From assembly GCF_006345805.1 (NCBI RefSeq), contig NC_042997.1, positions 212,660,001 to 212,724,000 of the forward strand: 64,000 nt of DNA, written 5' to 3'. Source of the DNA: Octopus sinensis. Taxonomy: Eukaryota. How positions within the stretch are numbered: position 1 is the first letter of the stretch; the number at the start of each line of letters is the position of its first letter. The position numbers and the translations under genes were made by a program. Of this stretch, positions 37,831 to 50,669 are shown piece after piece. The notes below the pieces were generated by a model. It was not told where the DNA came from, ran no database searches, and worked only from the letters and a program-made list of their open reading frames with translations.

Positions 37831-38710
37831 CATATGTGTGGGTGTGTACATACACTGATATATACATAGATAAATAAATAATGCCAACCTATTTTTTCAT
37901 AGATTATACATGCAGGTACACATTTCTACATCAATCTATGTATTTGTCTACATATCTGCATGCGTGTGTGTGTGTGTGGTATATATATATGTATGTATGA
38001 ATGAATGAATGAATGAATGGGTGCGCACGCACACATACACACACACACATGCGCACACACACACACATACACACACACATACACACACACATACACACAC
38101 ACACATACAAACACACATACACACACATGCACACACACACACATACACACACACATACACACACACATGCACACACACATACACACACACATGCACACAC
38201 ACATACACGTGCACACACACACACACACACATGCACACACACACACACCTATCATTAAGCCACTGCAGGTTATCACTTAGTGTGATTTCTGAAGAAACGG
38301 GGGGGGGAGGGAAAAAAAAGAAAAAGACGGCTACCATAAACAAAATTAGAAAAAAAAAAGAGAAATAGAAAAAAAAATCAAAGAAGCAAAAGAAATAAAA
38401 AACAAAAAAAAAACCCCAAAGAATTGAAGAAAACGTTGCCGCGTTTCTGTCAATATGGCAATTGTAGAAGAGAAGTGAATAAGTATTGATGTTGTTGTTG
38501 TTGTTGTTGTATGAGAAGCAGGTTAAGTACATTGAACAGCATCACATTTTGCTGGCTCCACTCTTCTCCCTTCTTCGTTCTTCTTTTTTTTACTTATTCA
38601 ACCGATTCTTACTTCAAAGGAACACTTTATTTCTCTGACTTGACATATTTATAATATCGCCTTCATTCTCTCCCTCTTTCTTTCTTTCTTTCTTTTATTG
38701 TTTCTCTTTA

Positions 38711-38752
<42 letters not shown>

Positions 38753-38892
38753 CTTTCTCATCTTCTGTAAGAGCAGAAAAAAACAGTCACCACTCACCTA
38801 TTTAGAAAGAAGAAATGGAAAACACCCCCCTTTCCTACCTACCTACCTACCTACCTACTAACCTACCTACCTGCATATCTACTTACATACGT

Positions 38893-39071
38893 CGTCATCA
38901 TCATCGTCATCATCATCATTGTTTAATGTCTGTTGTCCACTCTGGGATGGATTGGACAGTTTGACCAGGGCTGGTAAACTGGCAGGTTGTACCTGACTCC
39001 ATTCTGATTTGGCATTGCTTTCTACAGCTGGATGCCCTTCCAAATATCAACCACTCTGATAGTGTAATGAG

Positions 39072-39075
<4 letters not shown>
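38893..39075 (-). mobile_element. RTE 3' UTR fragment
   Basis: (CAT)n..TTTAATGTC..CTACAGCTGGATGCCCTTCC. Confidence 0.75.
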
Positions 39076-39109
<34 letters not shown>

Positions 39110-39173
39110 GTAAGCACATATATTTGTATGTACAACATGTCATATCATATTGATATATGTATATATATATATG

Positions 39174-39223
<50 letters not shown>

Positions 39224-40749
39224 TATTAGAATCCTTTGGAAAAAACTATCTAAAGGATATTTATTTAAAATCACAAGCAGGATTATGGCTGTTAAATGGT
39301 TAAGGGCATTAGAAATCTCACTAGCTTCAGCCTACTAACTATAGCTAAAACGCATTCAAATGTACCAAAGTTAAATTCCTCATAAAAGGGTTGGATTTAT
39401 GGTTCTGCTATTTGAACTACCCCATCCTCTATCTATAAATAGAAATATTCTTGATTGTCTCCACTGAAATTAATAAAAAAAAACCTCCCCATTGGTAAAT
39501 CTAAAAAACAAAATTAACTCAGTGATAAGAAATCTGCCCATGAAAAATCTTCTACTACCATGTTTGTCTATATACCTACCCTCTTTGTAATGTTGGAAAA
39601 TGGAATAAGTATAAAAATGAACATTGTCAATTTAATTTAAAAAATTCCATATGTGGCTGAAGAGTGCTCTACATTTTAGAACTGATGTAATACTTACATT
39701 GTTTAATGAAATGAAGTAGCTTGAAACGATTGTACTACACTACCTTTGGATATCCTTGTTGCTTATTTTGATTATAATCACCCCATTTGAATTATATGGA
39801 TAATACCGTACCAAATTCTGGTGCCTTTAACTTAAGTACCATATTCGTCTGAATCTAAACTTTTGCTGAACTTATATATATAAATATATATATATATATA
39901 ATGAAGTGGAGTTGTAAGGTACCACATGAGTGGAATTATATATGAAAGAAGGTTTGAAAATGCAATTTTAAAAGATGTTTATTCACTTGACCAGTTTCAC
40001 TTTTTTAGAAAAAGATTGTCAAAAGTAACATGTAAAAGCTTGGTTGTGTTAGGTACTGGTTGTCACAAAATATTACAATATATATATACATTCTTTGATA
40101 ATAATTAGAACTTGTTAAAAACAGTTTACAAGGGAAAATTTTGAGAAAATATAAAAAAAGTTTAACAAGTTCAGAGGAATATTGGTATTGTATCTGTATA
40201 TATATACACACAGAAAATTATAAGTGCAAAAAGGTTACATTTTAGTAGTATAGTTTTAACTGACCTGATTCACCATAATATGGTGAGAGTAAATGATGTG
40301 AAAGACAGTGGTGATGGTGGTGCAGGGGAAGGTGGTGAAGTAGAAGGTATTGATGGTGGTGGTGTTAGAAGTCTGAATGGTGTGTGCGTGGCAGATGTAG
40401 TGGAGATGGTGGTGGTACTAAGGAAATGAATTCAGTGTTCAGTCCCGCTTTCTCTCACATACCCACTACTACTTCTAATAAAATATCATCAACAGTAGAA
40501 ACATTATTGAGAGAGGGTCAATGTGTGACACACTGACACACAGAAATTAGTTTTTGCATTTATTATATTAGATATATTGTATATATAAAAACATATTTTT
40601 GCTGGTATCACATAAAAGGCACTCATTACACTCCCATAAGGGTTGGCATTAGTCGTTTTTTGACTCCTATTTCTAGCAATGCTCGTACTACTTTTTACCC
40701 TTGTTTATTAATTTACCTTTAGGTTAAGCGAGACCATAACCTTTGCAAG

Positions 40750-41233
40750 GGGTGTAGCCAGCCCACTTATACATTCCTTTCCTTCATTGGACACTAAACT
40801 CTGCTCGCAAAGACCTGTTGAGGCAAGTGAAATCGAAATTGAACCAAATTCAATGACTGGTACATGTGCCAGTGGAGCGCTAACAGCTCCATCCGAGTGG
40901 GATCACTGCCAGTGCAGCTGTCTTTCTTCTGTGCTGGTGGCACATAAAAAGCATCATTCGAGCAAGGTCGTTGCCAGTGCTGCTTCACTGGCTCCTGTGC
41001 AGGTGGCATGTAAAAAACACCATTTGAGCGTAGCCGTTGTCAGCACCGCTTGACTGGCCCTCGTGCCGGTAGCATGTAAAAGCACCCACTACACTCTCGG
41101 AGTGGTTGGCGTTAGGAAGGGCATCCAGCTGTAGAAACTCTGCCAGATCAAATTGGAGCCTGGTGCAGCCTTCTGGTTTGCCAGTCCTCAGTCAAATCGT
41201 CCAACCCATGCTAGCATGGAAAGCAGAAGTTAA

Positions 41234-41264
<31 letters not shown>

Positions 41265-41270
41265 CGATGT
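40750..41270 (+). mobile_element. RTE 3' UTR, long version
   Basis: AAGACCTGTTGAGGCAAGTGAAATC, three GTGG/AGCA..TAAAA modules, terminal block and (GAT)n. Confidence 0.85.
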
Positions 41271-41643
41271 TCAATTACTAATGTGCTATGTATACTATTA
41301 TTTCATATATTGTATTATTTTATTTATACTATACACTCCTACAGAATTTGAATTCAGCAGATGGTGTTCAACAGTTTTCTCATGAGCACGACAAGGCAAG
41401 ATGTACCCCTTTTAACCTCAGGCTGGTAAGATCCGCTTATGAGAACTAAGATAAATTCAGAGTTTGACATCAAGTGAAATGGATATATCTGTTGCCTCAT
41501 TTGTCACTTTGTCTCAGATGGGGAAGGTGTTATTTTCCTCTTGCTCCCCCTCTTTCATTCAGCTCATGTGATAGTGTGTTCAAGGCTCTTTGAGTCGTAT
41601 TTCGACTCCTATTTCTAGCAATGCTGGCACTACTTTGTACCCT

Positions 41644-41683
<40 letters not shown>

Positions 41684-41685
<2 letters not shown>

Positions 41686-42761
41686 GGGTGCAATGTCCTT
41701 TTATATTTTTAATTTCACGTATGCGCATTGTTTGTTTTTGATTTTGTTGACTATACAGTATAGTAGGGTCAGTTGGGCACCATCTGTGAGAAAACCAGCC
41801 CCATGACACTATTCACTCTACCAGAAATTTGGAAACGATATGTTGTACTGCTTGGCATTTGTGCCGGAAGCTCCAATATGAACATTTCAGAGTGTTTGGG
41901 TGTTAACATGAGGACAAGTACCAAGAGTGATAAAAATCAAACTTCCTGTCACCATGATGGTGTTTGGAGTGATTACTAATGATGGTGAAACTATGCTTCC
42001 ATTCATCTCCCCACGTGTCCTCAGACTCAACATGGGGGCCGACAAGTGCCTGGAGGAGGCAGTGCTGCCCTGGGTCAAGAGGGTGGGTGCTGGAAGACCC
42101 TATGTCTAGCAACAAGACTCTGCACCATGCCACACAAGCAGGAGAACCCAGTCATGGCTGTCAGACAACTTCTGCCATCACATCACCCCTAGCATTTGGC
42201 CACCTAACTCCCAAATCTGCAACTCCCTTGATTATTATGTGTATAGTTGAGTGAGAGACCAACAAAACTCCTTGTAACACTAAACAGGAACTGAAGACAC
42301 GGTTTATGGCAGCATTCACCAACTTAACCCTTTAGTGTTTAAACCGGCTGTATCCGGCCCGAATATTCTATTCATTTTATGCTCAAACTGGCCAGAACCA
42401 GCATCTCACACCTACCCTGCAATGTCATTCTAAAATTAAACAATTACATCTTTCAAATCTTGAAGCTACAAGATAATATCAAATAAATTTTTTTAAATGT
42501 AAATGAATAAGGATTACTTCTGACATATTAATTTGAACGCTAAAGGGTTAAAAAAAGAAGACTGTCCAGAAAAGTTGCAGGAGATTCCAAAGTTGTTTGG
42601 AGGCCATGGTTAAAGTCAATGGCGATTTTATTGAATAAATTTACTCTTTAGTTTTTCAAGATATTTTTACGTAAGTTTGGTAAATATATCTGTTAAAATG
42701 AGATGTCAGCGTTATCTTTATTTTTGCATAATCCAGATGACACTTTATTCACCGCACCCTG
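41684..42761 (+). mobile_element. Internally deleted Tc1/mariner DD37D (maT-type) transposon
   Basis: QQDSAPCH...WPPNSQICNSLDYY has 37 residues between the aspartates; C-terminus VKVNGDFIE*; ends TAGGGTGC / GCACCCTG. Confidence 0.8.
42328..42547. mobile_element. piggyBac-type MITE (220 bp) nested in the maT transposase
   Basis: TTAA duplication (42324-27, 42548-51); TIR CCCTTTAGTGTTTAAA / CCCTTTAGCGTTCAAA. Confidence 0.9.
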
Positions 42762-42814
42762 TGTGTGTGTGTGTTTATATATATATATATAATATATATA
42801 TATATATATACTAA

Positions 42815-43200
42815 TTATCTTTTTTTAATAATTTTGATATATATTTAAAATAATATAAATTAATTAATCTTATGTATTGGCTTAAGTTTTTCATTGTATG
42901 ATTTGCCTAATAGTGGTTTTATCTCTAATTTAATATAATATATATATATATATAATATATATATATATCTTTATCTTTTATTAAACTTTTAATACTTTTG
43001 ATATATATTAAAATAATATAAATTAAATTAATTTTATGTATTGGCTTATGTTTTTCACTGTTTGATTTGCCTAATAGTAGTTTTATCTCTAATTTAATAT
43101 AATATAATATAATATAATATATTTATACTATAAAATTGGATTTAATCCTGAATCTGATTTTTCCCTGTAAGTTTGGATTTATTCCCTAATATTTTATTAT
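42815..43200. repeat. Tandem copies of the AT-rich (TA)n-associated element
   Basis: Two copies of the 25490-25570 sequence plus CTGTAAGTTTGGATTTATTCCCTAATATT (inverse present at 25450-25480). Confidence 0.8.
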
Positions 43201-43218
43201 ATATATTATATATATATA

Positions 43219-43410
43219 TCATCATCATCATCATCATCGTTTAACGTCCGCTTTCCATGCTAGCATGGGTTGGACGGTTCAACTGGGGTCTGGCAAGCTC
43301 GAAGGCTGCACCAGGCCAGTCAGATCTGGCAGTGTTTCTACAGCTGGATGCCCTTCCTAACGCCAACCACTCCGAGAGTGTAGTGGGTGATTTTATGTGC
43401 CACCGACATA
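43219..43410 (-). mobile_element. RTE 3' UTR fragment
   Basis: Near-identical to 16645-16835 and 54546-54735. Confidence 0.88.
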
Positions 43411-43444
43411 TATATATATATATATATATGCATTTCGCCACGTT

Positions 43445-43595
43445 TTTTTCTCATTCTCTCTCTGTTTATTTCCTCTTCTTCCTTTCTGTTGAAGAGCATA
43501 AACTCAAAATGTAAAAGACTCTTCCAGTTTTTCTGGGTGTCAAACTAATACACTTGCTTGTTGTTCCTACACCTGTCTTTGTCTTTTGTTTTTCT
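43445..43595 (+). mobile_element. Short Penelope-like-derived element with decayed hammerhead core
   Basis: TTT-CTGTTGA-A-GAG..CTC-AAAATGTA-AAAG; homologous to 5990-6135. Confidence 0.5.
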
Positions 43596-43619
43596 ATAAA
43601 TTTGAATTATACATGTATG

Positions 43620-43660
<41 letters not shown>

Positions 43661-44174
43661 TATATATGTATGTATATGTATGTATATGTATGTATATGTA
43701 TATATGAATGTATATGTGCGTGTGTGCATGTATAAATGTATGTGTATGTGCATTTGTCTATATATATGCAATTATGTATATTTGAATATAAGTCTATAAT
43801 CAATGGTGTTAGCAATAAATTATTTCCCTTGAGGTGACTCTTTAGTAAATGAAAGAAGCATCTTTATTGTTTTTGTTTGTGTTTTTGCTGCCACTAAAAT
43901 TTCTTTTTGTTTTTAGATTGTAACAGATTAAAGGATTGTTGCGTGTGGGTGGAGCAGCAGGGAATGGGCGGAGAGGAGACGTCGTTTCTATTGAACATTC
44001 TGGCAAATATAGGACAACAAAATACACACAATTATTACCACCATCACCACCGCTTCCACCACCACCATCAACAACAACAACAACAACAATGCAGCTGTTG
44101 GTGGTGGTGGTGGTGGTGGTAAGTATTTTCTTCCACACATACATACTCACATATGCATGAACACACAAACATGC

Positions 44175-44197
44175 ATGTGCATGCACACACACACACA

Positions 44198-44244
<47 letters not shown>

Positions 44245-44637
44245 ACACACACTCACACACACACTCACACACACACTCACACACACACACACTCACACAC
44301 ACACACTCACACACTCACACACACACACTCACACACACACTCACACACACACACTCACACACACACTCACACTCACACACACACACTCACACACACCACA
44401 CACACACACACACTCACACACACACACACACACTCACACACACACACTCACACACACACTCACACTCACACACACACACACACACTCACACACACACACA
44501 TGCACACTCACACACTCACACACACACACTCACACACACACACTCACACACACACACACACACACACTCACACACACACACTCACACACACACACACTCA
44601 CACACGCACACACACACACTCACACACACACACACTC

Positions 44638-44673
<36 letters not shown>

Positions 44674-44687
44674 CACACACACACACT

Positions 44688-44718
<31 letters not shown>

Positions 44719-44735
44719 ACACACATACACACAAA
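44175..44735. repeat. (CA)n / CACT array ~560 bp
   Basis: Direct observation; similar arrays at 14328-14620 and 38025-38250. Confidence 0.95.
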
Positions 44736-45159
44736 GGATGTTTGGGCTAAATTTGATTGTTTTTATGTTACCTTTTTTTCAAGAAGAGCTTGATTTATTG
44801 GTGAACAGCCAATGGCAGTGGAGAGCATAAACCTCGAAGTTTTAGTTGCGAAAAATGTTCCTCTGACATGGAGGACTGGAAGCCATTTGAATATTGGGAA
44901 GGAGTTGCTTGTGTCCTGATGGTTTGTGCCTGATGCCGAAATGCCAACATCATGGCTGCTGCTCAAGGCTTTGGGACCATTGTTAAGAAGCCCACACATT
45001 CCTTCACTCAGTCGAGAGCTACTTGCTGACCCCACAGGTTCTAGTGTCACATAAAGAGCACCCAGTCCACTCTGTAAAGCAGTTGGCATTCGGAAGGGCA
45101 TCAGCAATAGAAACCAGGCCAAAACAGACTATGGAGCCAGGTGCAAATCAGGTGTGTGT

Positions 45160-46010
45160 CAGTTGCATGTTCTTGATGACTATTTCTAGACATATGGTAA
45201 TGAGCTTTGGAGAGATGGTATCCCCTAATTCCGCCGAGGTCGACTTTGCCTTTCATCCTTTCGGGGTCGATAAATTAAGTACCAGTTACGCACTGGGGTC
45301 GATGTAATCGACTTAATTCCTATGTCTATCCTTGTTTGTCCCCTCTATGTTTAGCCCCTTGTGGGTAATAAAGAAATAGGTATCCCCTTGCTTGACTCCC
45401 TTCTCAACTGGAGCTCTTACTGGTGGTGACAGCAGAGCTATATCTGTTGTGCATCCAGAGTTCACGTCTCTGAGCAGTTTGATGTACTGCCTCTTGACAC
45501 CTTACATTTCCAGGGATTTTAACATTGCAATCATCTCGATGCTATTGAAAGCCTTTTTGAAATTAACGAAGGTGATACACAGAGGAAGCTTGTATTTGTT
45601 TGCTCGTTCTATGAAGTGTGTTAGAATGAATACGTTATCTATTGTGCTTTAGTTCATATGGAAATCTGCTCACCTGGAGCTGTTGGTCAACGAGGTGCTT
45701 TGAGAGACATGAGGCATGCGGAGAGGTAATTTTTAAAATCTTCTTTATCACCCTTCTTATGTTGCAGAATGGTATTCAATGCTTTCCACAGTGAGAGTAC
45801 TTCACCCTCCTTCAAACACTGATTGAAATATAGAATGACTTTCCATAGCTCTTCACAGTCACATCTTAGTGTCTCGGTTGAGATGCAATCTTTCTTAGGA
45901 GTTTTGTCTGTTTTCTTCAGTTTGAGGGCATTTTCACTTTCTTAGAACTATTTATCAAATACCACTATAAGTTTGGAAAAGCTTTCAAGAAATACAACCC
46001 AATATATTTA
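45160..46010 (-). mobile_element. RTE-clade RT fragment (second subfamily) split by a SINE
   Basis: Removing the SINE restores GVKQGDTISP; upstream on minus: DNVFILTHFIERANKYKLPLCITFVNFKKAFNSIE. Confidence 0.8.
45227..45378 (+). mobile_element. 5'-truncated SINE family C with 10-bp TSD
   Basis: GGTATCCCCT at 45217-45226 and 45379-45388. Confidence 0.92.
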
Positions 46011-46369
46011 CTATAGAATCTTTAATTATTCTGATTACCATTTGAAACCCACTTTGGGAAGATTTCTACATCAGGAATGCATCAGGAATACACATATCCT
46101 GGTATTAGAAGGAACATAACTGGACAAAGACAAGCTTCCAAATTTGGGCATCACTTAAACATATATCCAATGGTATCCCATTATATCTACATTTATTTAT
46201 TTATTATTGAATAAACTACGAGTTTGAAAATTTGAGTCAATTAGAAGGAAGGTAAGGGTGCAGAACTTATTATTTATGTGTGGAAACACAAAAATTATCC
46301 GTTAAATGTGTTTATAAATTGATTTATTCTATTCTTCTCCTTTGTAAGATGTGGCATATAAGCTATTGG

Positions 46370-46402
<33 letters not shown>

Positions 46403-47729
46403 GTGTGTTGACAGTTGACACTGACCCCTAAACAGCCGAATCCAAGCTGACTAATAATTTGGTAGACTTTCAGGGTGACAAAACGATATATGTCTGTGTT
46501 TTCTCCTCTCAATATCTGATGGAATGGATACACTTTAAGATTCACAAAACGTTAATGAAGAACACAGCAATAAAATACATTTGTTGCTATAGAAACTGAT
46601 AACAAGCCAATAATTTATTGGAATGTCTGTAAGCAAAAACCATTTTCCCTGTTTCTTTCATTCATTTTCCTTCGTTGACTGCTCAATTCTCAACAGTGAT
46701 TTGTTTTGTTTGTAATATGTAAATGTAATGATATAAATGGGGTGCAGGGGTCACTGAACAGAGGTTGTACTTTTGGCACCTGGCAGCTGCACCTTACCAG
46801 GAAGGATCCAGTGGACAGGCACAACTGGTTCTCATTTCAACTTCTCATTTGATGGCTCTAAAATGCCACATCCCAGTACCTCGCTTCAGCTGGCTGGCTA
46901 AACCAAGTGAGGGCATGGTGTTAACACAGCACCAGTAAGCTGGGGCTTTCCAAAGAATCACTGGCTCAGGTGGAGGAACCTGTTCAGGTTAATGGCCTAA
47001 TGTTCAAGACAAAAGCATATCCCAGGTAGAGACATGTTCGTGGCTAACAGCTCGGAGAGGAATGGGCACTGCCAAGCTAACTTGCTCATGATACATCCAT
47101 GATAGTGGTAACCAGACCAGAACCCATCCTACATTGGTCATTGCCCAGGTTACCATCAAAGAGTGGACGAACCTGAATAGGGTTAATGATTCACAGAAAC
47201 AGCAGAAGACCAAGGGAAGTGGTGAAGTCTGGCGGCTGCTGTGTCATCAATGAATGCCCCAACAACCACACAGTCAAGGGATGGGAAGGAAGGAATCATC
47301 TAACAACTCTTAACTTGGTATCTGTACAAATTCTAGATAATTCTGAGGTCCTGTTGTAAATGACCTCAGAAAAGGTCAAAGTTCAGGTATTTTAAAATTG
47401 ATTAAATAGAATGTAGTGGGCTGGTGTTGGTGGTGGTGGTTGTGGTGGTGGTGATGGAAAGTTAAAACAGTTACAACAAAAACTGGATTTGGTGACAAAA
47501 TATGAACAACACAGAAACCATAAAATGGTTTCCAACTTTACCCCATTCATAAATTAGTTCTGTTCGTCACAGCTTATGTCCTCCAGGAGACAGATCAAGT
47601 CAGATATGGGGCATGCATCATTGCAGTGTGTTACTGCATTTACTGCTTGTCAGTATGTTCTCGGGTCGTCCCGTGGTGACCCATAAAGTAGAGTCTCAGT
47701 CTTCCCCCCCCTCTCCATGACATATAGAG

Positions 47730-47819
47730 AATACCAAACGAGTTCCCTATGGATACAGTATTTATTACAACGAGTGGCTTGTAATAAATACGGTATTCAT
47801 AGGGAATGAGTTTGGTATT
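47730..47819. repeat. Imperfect palindrome, 41-bp arms, 8-nt loop
   Basis: AATACCAAAC..GTATTTATTACAA-CGAGTGGC-TTGTAATAAATAC..GTTTGGTATT; 5 mismatches. Confidence 0.9.
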
Positions 47820-47820
47820 T

Positions 47821-48090
47821 TATTTATTACACACGAATAAACGACCATATTTTATTAACCCAATAACTAAATTCTTCACGTTTAGTTGTAACTTATGAAT
47901 GACAAAAGTAGTGCCATCACTGTGACCTCGGGTCATCACCATGGATTGACCAATCAGAAGCAGTGCTGTCACCGTGACCTCGGGTCATCACCATGGATTG
48001 ACCAATCAGAAGCAGCGCTCGCAGTATCTGACATATGTTAGATACCAAAAATATCTCAAAGTGTTCTCACTCACATGTGTGTAATAAATC
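47821..48090. mobile_element. Candidate MITE with 13-bp TIR and internal 52-bp direct repeat
   Basis: ATTTATTACACAC ... GTGTGTAATAAAT; repeats at 47910-47961 and 47962-48013. Confidence 0.5.
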
Positions 48091-49468
48091 CCCTTATCTG
48101 CTGTGATTATGTGACATGTGGTCGACCAGCGCAAGTGATTTGCCCAGCCGGTTCTGCAGTGAAGAGAGCATGGTGAGTCCAGCTTGGAAAATCAAGCTAC
48201 CGGGCCAAACAATGTGAGCTGGCAGACCCTGAATCATACAGGTAACAAGGTGTATCCCACTTATAAACACAACCCCTATAATGGAACTGACATTGCAAGT
48301 CCCATTCAAAATAAACAGCTGATACCAAAGCACAGTAACATATATTCTATGGTATCACTACAAACAATACAACACAAGGCAGACCCTACACAATCACCAG
48401 CCAATAATACCCTTCTTCCTCACATAACACTTACCCCTTATTCTTCCTTTGTATCATCCTTCATACCTCCTTTTCCCTCCTACCCTCCCTTTATCTTCTA
48501 CTCTCCTCTCCACCCACCTTCTCTACACGATATCCTCCTACTCTATAAATCATAGATCAAACCTTAATCAAAATACAAAAAAACAATGTAAATATTTAAT
48601 CTTTTACATTTTATTGAACAAAAATAAAAATAACAAAATCAAACTAATTCGTGGAAGAAAAAGAAAGAAAATCCAAGACATTTTTCTATGTATTCTTGTG
48701 AAAGCTTGAAACATTCTAGAATAAGGTGCCACAATTTGGTTCCTTTATTTATTGTTTTGGTAATATCGATGGAGAAGCTGAGATGTGCTCTGAATAATAA
48801 ACGTCACATTTAACCCCCCCCCCCCTGTATCCTTCAATTTATTGCTGTCTATTGATGCTGACTGGAATTACAACAGCTGCTTTATTGAGCAAGCATGTCC
48901 AGTTTCCATGACTTTTGTCAGTGAAAAAAATTATTGGCTTCTACAAAGCAGAGTGACACTTTGATGAATAGTTCCAATAGCAGACAATCTTGAATTCAGA
49001 AGCCCACCCTTGCACCCCCAGCCCCACAAATATAGAATAAAAGTATCACATCTCAATAGAATTCTTAAAATATATTTATTTCATTCTAAAAGAAAATTGT
49101 TTTTTCTTTCCCTTATTCAAAATTGTTTAATATTTGCCAGTGAAATATTTTTTCGGTGTGAAATAGAGTTGAAAAATATAAGTTTCTATCTGTCTTTATT
49201 CTCAAAGTTAGATTCCATCCAAAACGAATACAAAAAACTGGTGGTTCAATTACACCATTTATGTTCTGTAAGAAAAACAAAAATTTAAGAACATTCAAAA
49301 CTTTTCTTTCTTCATGGAACTTTTACAACTTTTGGCAGAAATTTTGCTTCATTTAACATGGTAAGTGATAGGTTCATTATTTTTTGCATTGGCTCCATTT
49401 GTGTGTGTGTGTGCATGTGTGTGGATATGTACACACACATGCACACACACACACATACACACAACACA

Positions 49469-49499
<31 letters not shown>

Positions 49500-49863
49500 T
49501 ACACACACACACACACACACAAACATATCAGGGAGAGAGAGACTTGTTACAGATTTTGCTTGTCACTGATTTATGGGGTCAGTTTTATTTTATAGACTAG
49601 TTTTATCAAATCTTTGCGTATCTAAGGCCAAAAGAGCAAGGAGCAATACCTGTTAGGAAGCAATACCTGTTAGGAGTTGACAGAAATCGTTATGAGTATA
49701 GTCATAAAAACTATCAAGATTTATTTGAAGCAATATCATGAGATTTGGTAAAGGAAATCTTAAATCAAGATGTTTGGTGACAATTAAAGGAGCTTCTTTA
49801 GCTTATTTCAGTCAAGACTGATACTCGGTATTAGTTAAAAGAATATCGATGTTAAAAGGACAT

Positions 49864-50299
49864 ACTCTTTTACTCTTTTACTTGTTTCAGTCATTTGACT
49901 GCGGCCATGCTGGAGCACCGCCTTTAGTCGAACAAATCGACCCCGGGACTTATTCTTTGTAAGCCCAGTACTTATTCTATCGGTCTCTTTTGCCGAACCG
50001 CTAAGTGACGGGGACGTAAACACACCAGCATCGGTTGTCAAGCAATGCTAGGGGGGACAAACACAGACACACAAACATATACACACACATACATATATAT
50101 ATATATATAACGACAGGCTTCTTTCAGTTTCCGTCTACCAAATCCACTCACAAGGCATTGGTCGGCCCGGGGCTATAGCAGAAGACACTTGCCCAAGATG
50201 CCACGCAGTGGGACTGAACCCGGAACCATGTGGTTGGTAGGCAAGCTACTTACCACACAGCCACTCCTGTGCCTATTACCACACAGCCACTCCTGCGCC
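49864..50299 (-). mobile_element. SINE family B with duplicated 5' head
   Basis: Full copy; TTACCACACAGCCACTCCTGYGCC occurs twice (50250-50273, 50276-50299). Confidence 0.9.
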
Positions 50300-50669
50300 T
50301 ATGCTAATTATATACATGCTAATTATATACAAATTATAAATTAAAAGGTATAATATAGGTTTTAAAAGTTATCAGTGTTAATCCATACATGAAAGTACAG
50401 TTTCTTAGGAGTACTTAATTGGAGGGGCTACTTGTATAAAAACCAATACAATACCAAGATCAGGAGGGTGGAACATTTTAAGAAAGGGATGAATAAAGTA
50501 ATTACTGAAACTTTTAAAAGCAATATAGCCATATTGTATAAAGTTAAAATTTAGGGTTATCAAGAAGGTTTAGCATTGAAGCGAAAGAACAAATTAACTA
50601 TATATTAATTTAATTATAATCTAAGCAATTTAATATCAAGTTGTGAAGATATCCATATTGTTTTATGTA

